A stretch of 24,000 nucleotides of DNA, taken from Propionibacteriales bacterium. Lineage in GTDB: Bacteria; Actinomycetota; Actinomycetes; Propionibacteriales; Nocardioidaceae. The position numbers were made by a program, and so were the translations under genes. Positions 23,001 through 24,000 of the stretch are shown here, piece by piece (position 1 is the stretch's first letter; each line of letters opens with the position of its first letter). Location: contig JAICMS010000006.1 of assembly GCA_025929075.1 (NCBI GenBank), forward strand, positions 26,500 through 50,499, read 5' to 3'. A model generated the notes under the pieces. That model worked only from the letters and a program-made list of their open reading frames with translations. It was not told the DNA's origin and made no database searches.

Positions 23001-24000
23001 ACCGAGTCGCCGACTCCTTCGCCTTGTCTGCGAAAGTCACTGACGTCGCCTTCTCCCCTGGCGGCGATAGGGTCGCCGCCGTCGCGCCGGGCGTGAAGCT
23101 CGCCATCGACGCCGTTCCCACCGGCACCGTTGAGCGGCTTGCGATACCGAGCCGACCGGGCGATCACGAGACTCTGGCCTGGTCGGGCACTCCGACCCAC
23201 CCTGCGCTCTACTTAACCGACCCGGCAAATGAGATCGTGTCCATCAACCTGGACGACACTGCGGTTGTCGTGCACCGTTCCAGAGTCGCGGCCCCACAGG
23301 GGGAGGTCTCCTTCATGGCCGGGTCGCACGTGATCACCGTGACCACCCTCGGCGAACCGGGTCTCGCCCCACCGCGGCTGATCGAGTCGGACCCGCTGAC
23401 CCGCACATCGACGTCGTACCCGATTGCCATCCCGAAGCGTGACGTCATAGCCGCGCTGACCGTGGATCGCTCAGTCGACCGTGTGCTTCTGCAGTACGTC
23501 GGGCCAAACTCGGTCATTCACTCTGCGGTTCTTAGCCTGCCGAGCGACAGAGTCGTGTCACGGTTTCTCGCGACTCCGCGCCCGAGCGCCCACTATTCAT
23601 ACACCGGCGTGATCTCCGAGGACGGCACGCAGGCCGTGTGCGCCGTCGGAGACCACCGGATAGCAGTCATTTCTCTACCGTCCGGTCGAGTGGTGCGCTC
23701 ATTCGACATCCATTTCAGCGGACCGGCGGGCCTCCACACGCTCCCCATGCCCATGTTCTACGACCCGAACGGGGACGTGGTCGTCGCCGGGTACAACCCC
23801 ACGCCGCCCGCCTCGAGCCATGGCGGTCCGTCGGCGGATCGCACGGCTCCGCCGCCGGTGCAGAGCCTGGGACTCGTCGACCCACGCACCGGGAGACTGG
23901 TCGGCCAAACTCATCTGGGCGTCCAGGGCGTCGTGAGCGCCGCCGCGTGGTCCCCCGACGGGCAGCGTGTTGTGGTCGGTACATGGGCCGGAAACCTCAG
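20015..24000 (+). CDS. Large SARP-family regulator, 3'-partial: OmpR-type wHTH + BTAD, P-loop STAND NTPase, hydrophobic helix, WD40-like beta-propeller
   Basis: Hand translation shows one uninterrupted frame from ATG 20015 (in-frame TAA at 20003-20005) to the window end, 1328 codons. It is not in the ORF track. The N-terminus is MWFGVLGALAARQDDG...LWGDTPPATAGKTLHSHVRRLRHDL (SARP wHTH), followed by a BTAD helical region. Next come CPYQGLAAYDEQDAGLFVARE, Walker A GPSGVGKS (20951-20974) and Walker B VLVVDQAEE (21098-21124). A hydrophobic stretch AVAGLTAFAVLALTGLGVAL (22052-22114) follows, then repeats containing SPDGRTLVV, FTGDGRWLAV, LSPDGRYIAT, FSPGGDRVAAV and WSPDGQRVVVG. Confidence 0.9.
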   Translation, partial: MWFGVLGALAARQDDGGHVSIPGPARRLLLAALISRVGETVTPSVLVEDLWGDTPPATAGKTLHSHVRRLRHDLSGSSDDRDWIVTEPGGYRLDLAAESIDAGCFEAALTAGLAALGSGDAKEALPRLDAALGWWRGVPYAEFPDAEFAIRERLHLTERHALAHEARIDAALLLGQGASLVADLEAQLLLDPYRERSWEQLMIALWRAGRQSDALAAFQRGRRTLVDDLGIEPGPGLRALEERILSHDESLLIPATYRTERIEAPVSRAGPVCPYQGLAAYDEQDAGLFVAREHAVARLVGLVDGGGVVVVTGPSGVGKSSLVRAGLIPALRSGALPGSSNWRCAVANAGDLANLSPPKVDVLVVDQAEEIFTVPPEREGRRVRQGVLAGMSASTVIMVVRADRYVDLAAMPEVSHRLLSAPLVVGSLTETELARVVTEPARRLGLDYEPELVDEILADVRGQPEALPMLSQALLRTWANRHGRWLTVEGYRAGGGVSGALEAAAEEVYLDLDEQTRDDVRRLLLRMATFDAGMWSRRPVLTEQLGSLGIHRLDETVTLLADRRLVTVTEKRVELIHEALLTRWPRLRSWLDARAAMAPAAERLADASRAWADTDRPESDLYRGLRLQEALAWQASGGADLSPVETEFLAASRAASDEEIRRAEAQVVADARSRRRLRNAVAGLTAFAVLALTGLGVALHERAVAQQDALVSEASALASLSHTVPDVRTSLLLAVAGYRLNDDADTRSALLSAVESASSIRWRIPTPVGPDDLVANTNGHLWLTHQSAGINEYDAGSRRLVAELPSVAPTLDAVSPDGRTLVVSGPASFPATTTTGRVDILNAHTGAVITELHIHGTQRRVGTWSSAAFTGDGRWLAVIVGRPSHDLLGGALQPSRTVAVFDTSDYSRPPHVLRVDAPITQLAAGTSALAIGTATGHLVEFTLRDDAAGFRAISSRVAEHSSGRGPFSLSPDGRYIATTAPGRPRLVRVISASPPNRVADSFALSAKVTDVAFSPGGDRVAAVAPGVKLAIDAVPTGTVERLAIPSRPGDHETLAWSGTPTHPALYLTDPANEIVSINLDDTAVVVHRSRVAAPQGEVSFMAGSHVITVTTLGEPGLAPPRLIESDPLTRTSTSYPIAIPKRDVIAALTVDRSVDRVLLQYVGPNSVIHSAVLSLPSDRVVSRFLATPRPSAHYSYTGVISEDGTQAVCAVGDHRIAVISLPSGRVVRSFDIHFSGPAGLHTLPMPMFYDPNGDVVVAGYNPTPPASSHGGPSADRTAPPPVQSLGLVDPRTGRLVGQTHLGVQGVVSAAAWSPDGQRVVVGTWAGNL

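Noticed and set aside
1-24000. Search for CRISPR arrays, tRNA/rRNA genes, transposases, integrases and terminal inverted repeats
   Set aside because: I saw no spaced repeat array, no tRNA-like GTTCGAATC/T-loop context in intergenic regions, and no DDE, tyrosine or serine recombinase motifs in any frame I read. The only repeats are the short tandem and direct repeats reported above.

Overview
High-GC (roughly 70% by eye) Actinomycetota chromosomal segment, densely coding on both strands. The left two thirds are a conserved redox and central-metabolism neighbourhood. It contains sigH-rshA (ECF sigma plus ZAS anti-sigma), a 24-aa bL37-like ribosomal protein gene too short for the ORF track, a ThDP enzyme, a DUF2785-like protein and whiB1. 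It continues with a membrane protein, the nickel superoxide dismutase pair sodN/sodX, an MDR oxidoreductase, and a kgd / 59-aa ORF / secreted sulfatase chain with abutting or overlapping stop and start codons. Next come a secreted, internally duplicated protein and a fluoride riboswitch driving two crcB (Fluc) genes. The right third looks accessory. It holds a 59-aa ORF coupled to an enolase-superfamily gene, a VOC/glyoxalase gene, and two paralogous secreted 7-repeat beta-propeller proteins. Divergent from those is a >1328-codon ORF (20015 to window end) that is absent from the supplied ORF track, presumably because it has no stop in the window. It encodes SARP wHTH+BTAD, a P-loop STAND NTPase, a hydrophobic helix and a WD40-like propeller. 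The best candidate for an undescribed system is this regulator plus the propeller operon, with 11-bp-phased direct repeats in the shared intergenic region. I saw no rRNA, tRNA, CRISPR array or transposase. Many long track ORFs are antisense shadows typical of high-GC DNA. All homology statements come from reading the translations by eye and from memory of the families; no search was run.
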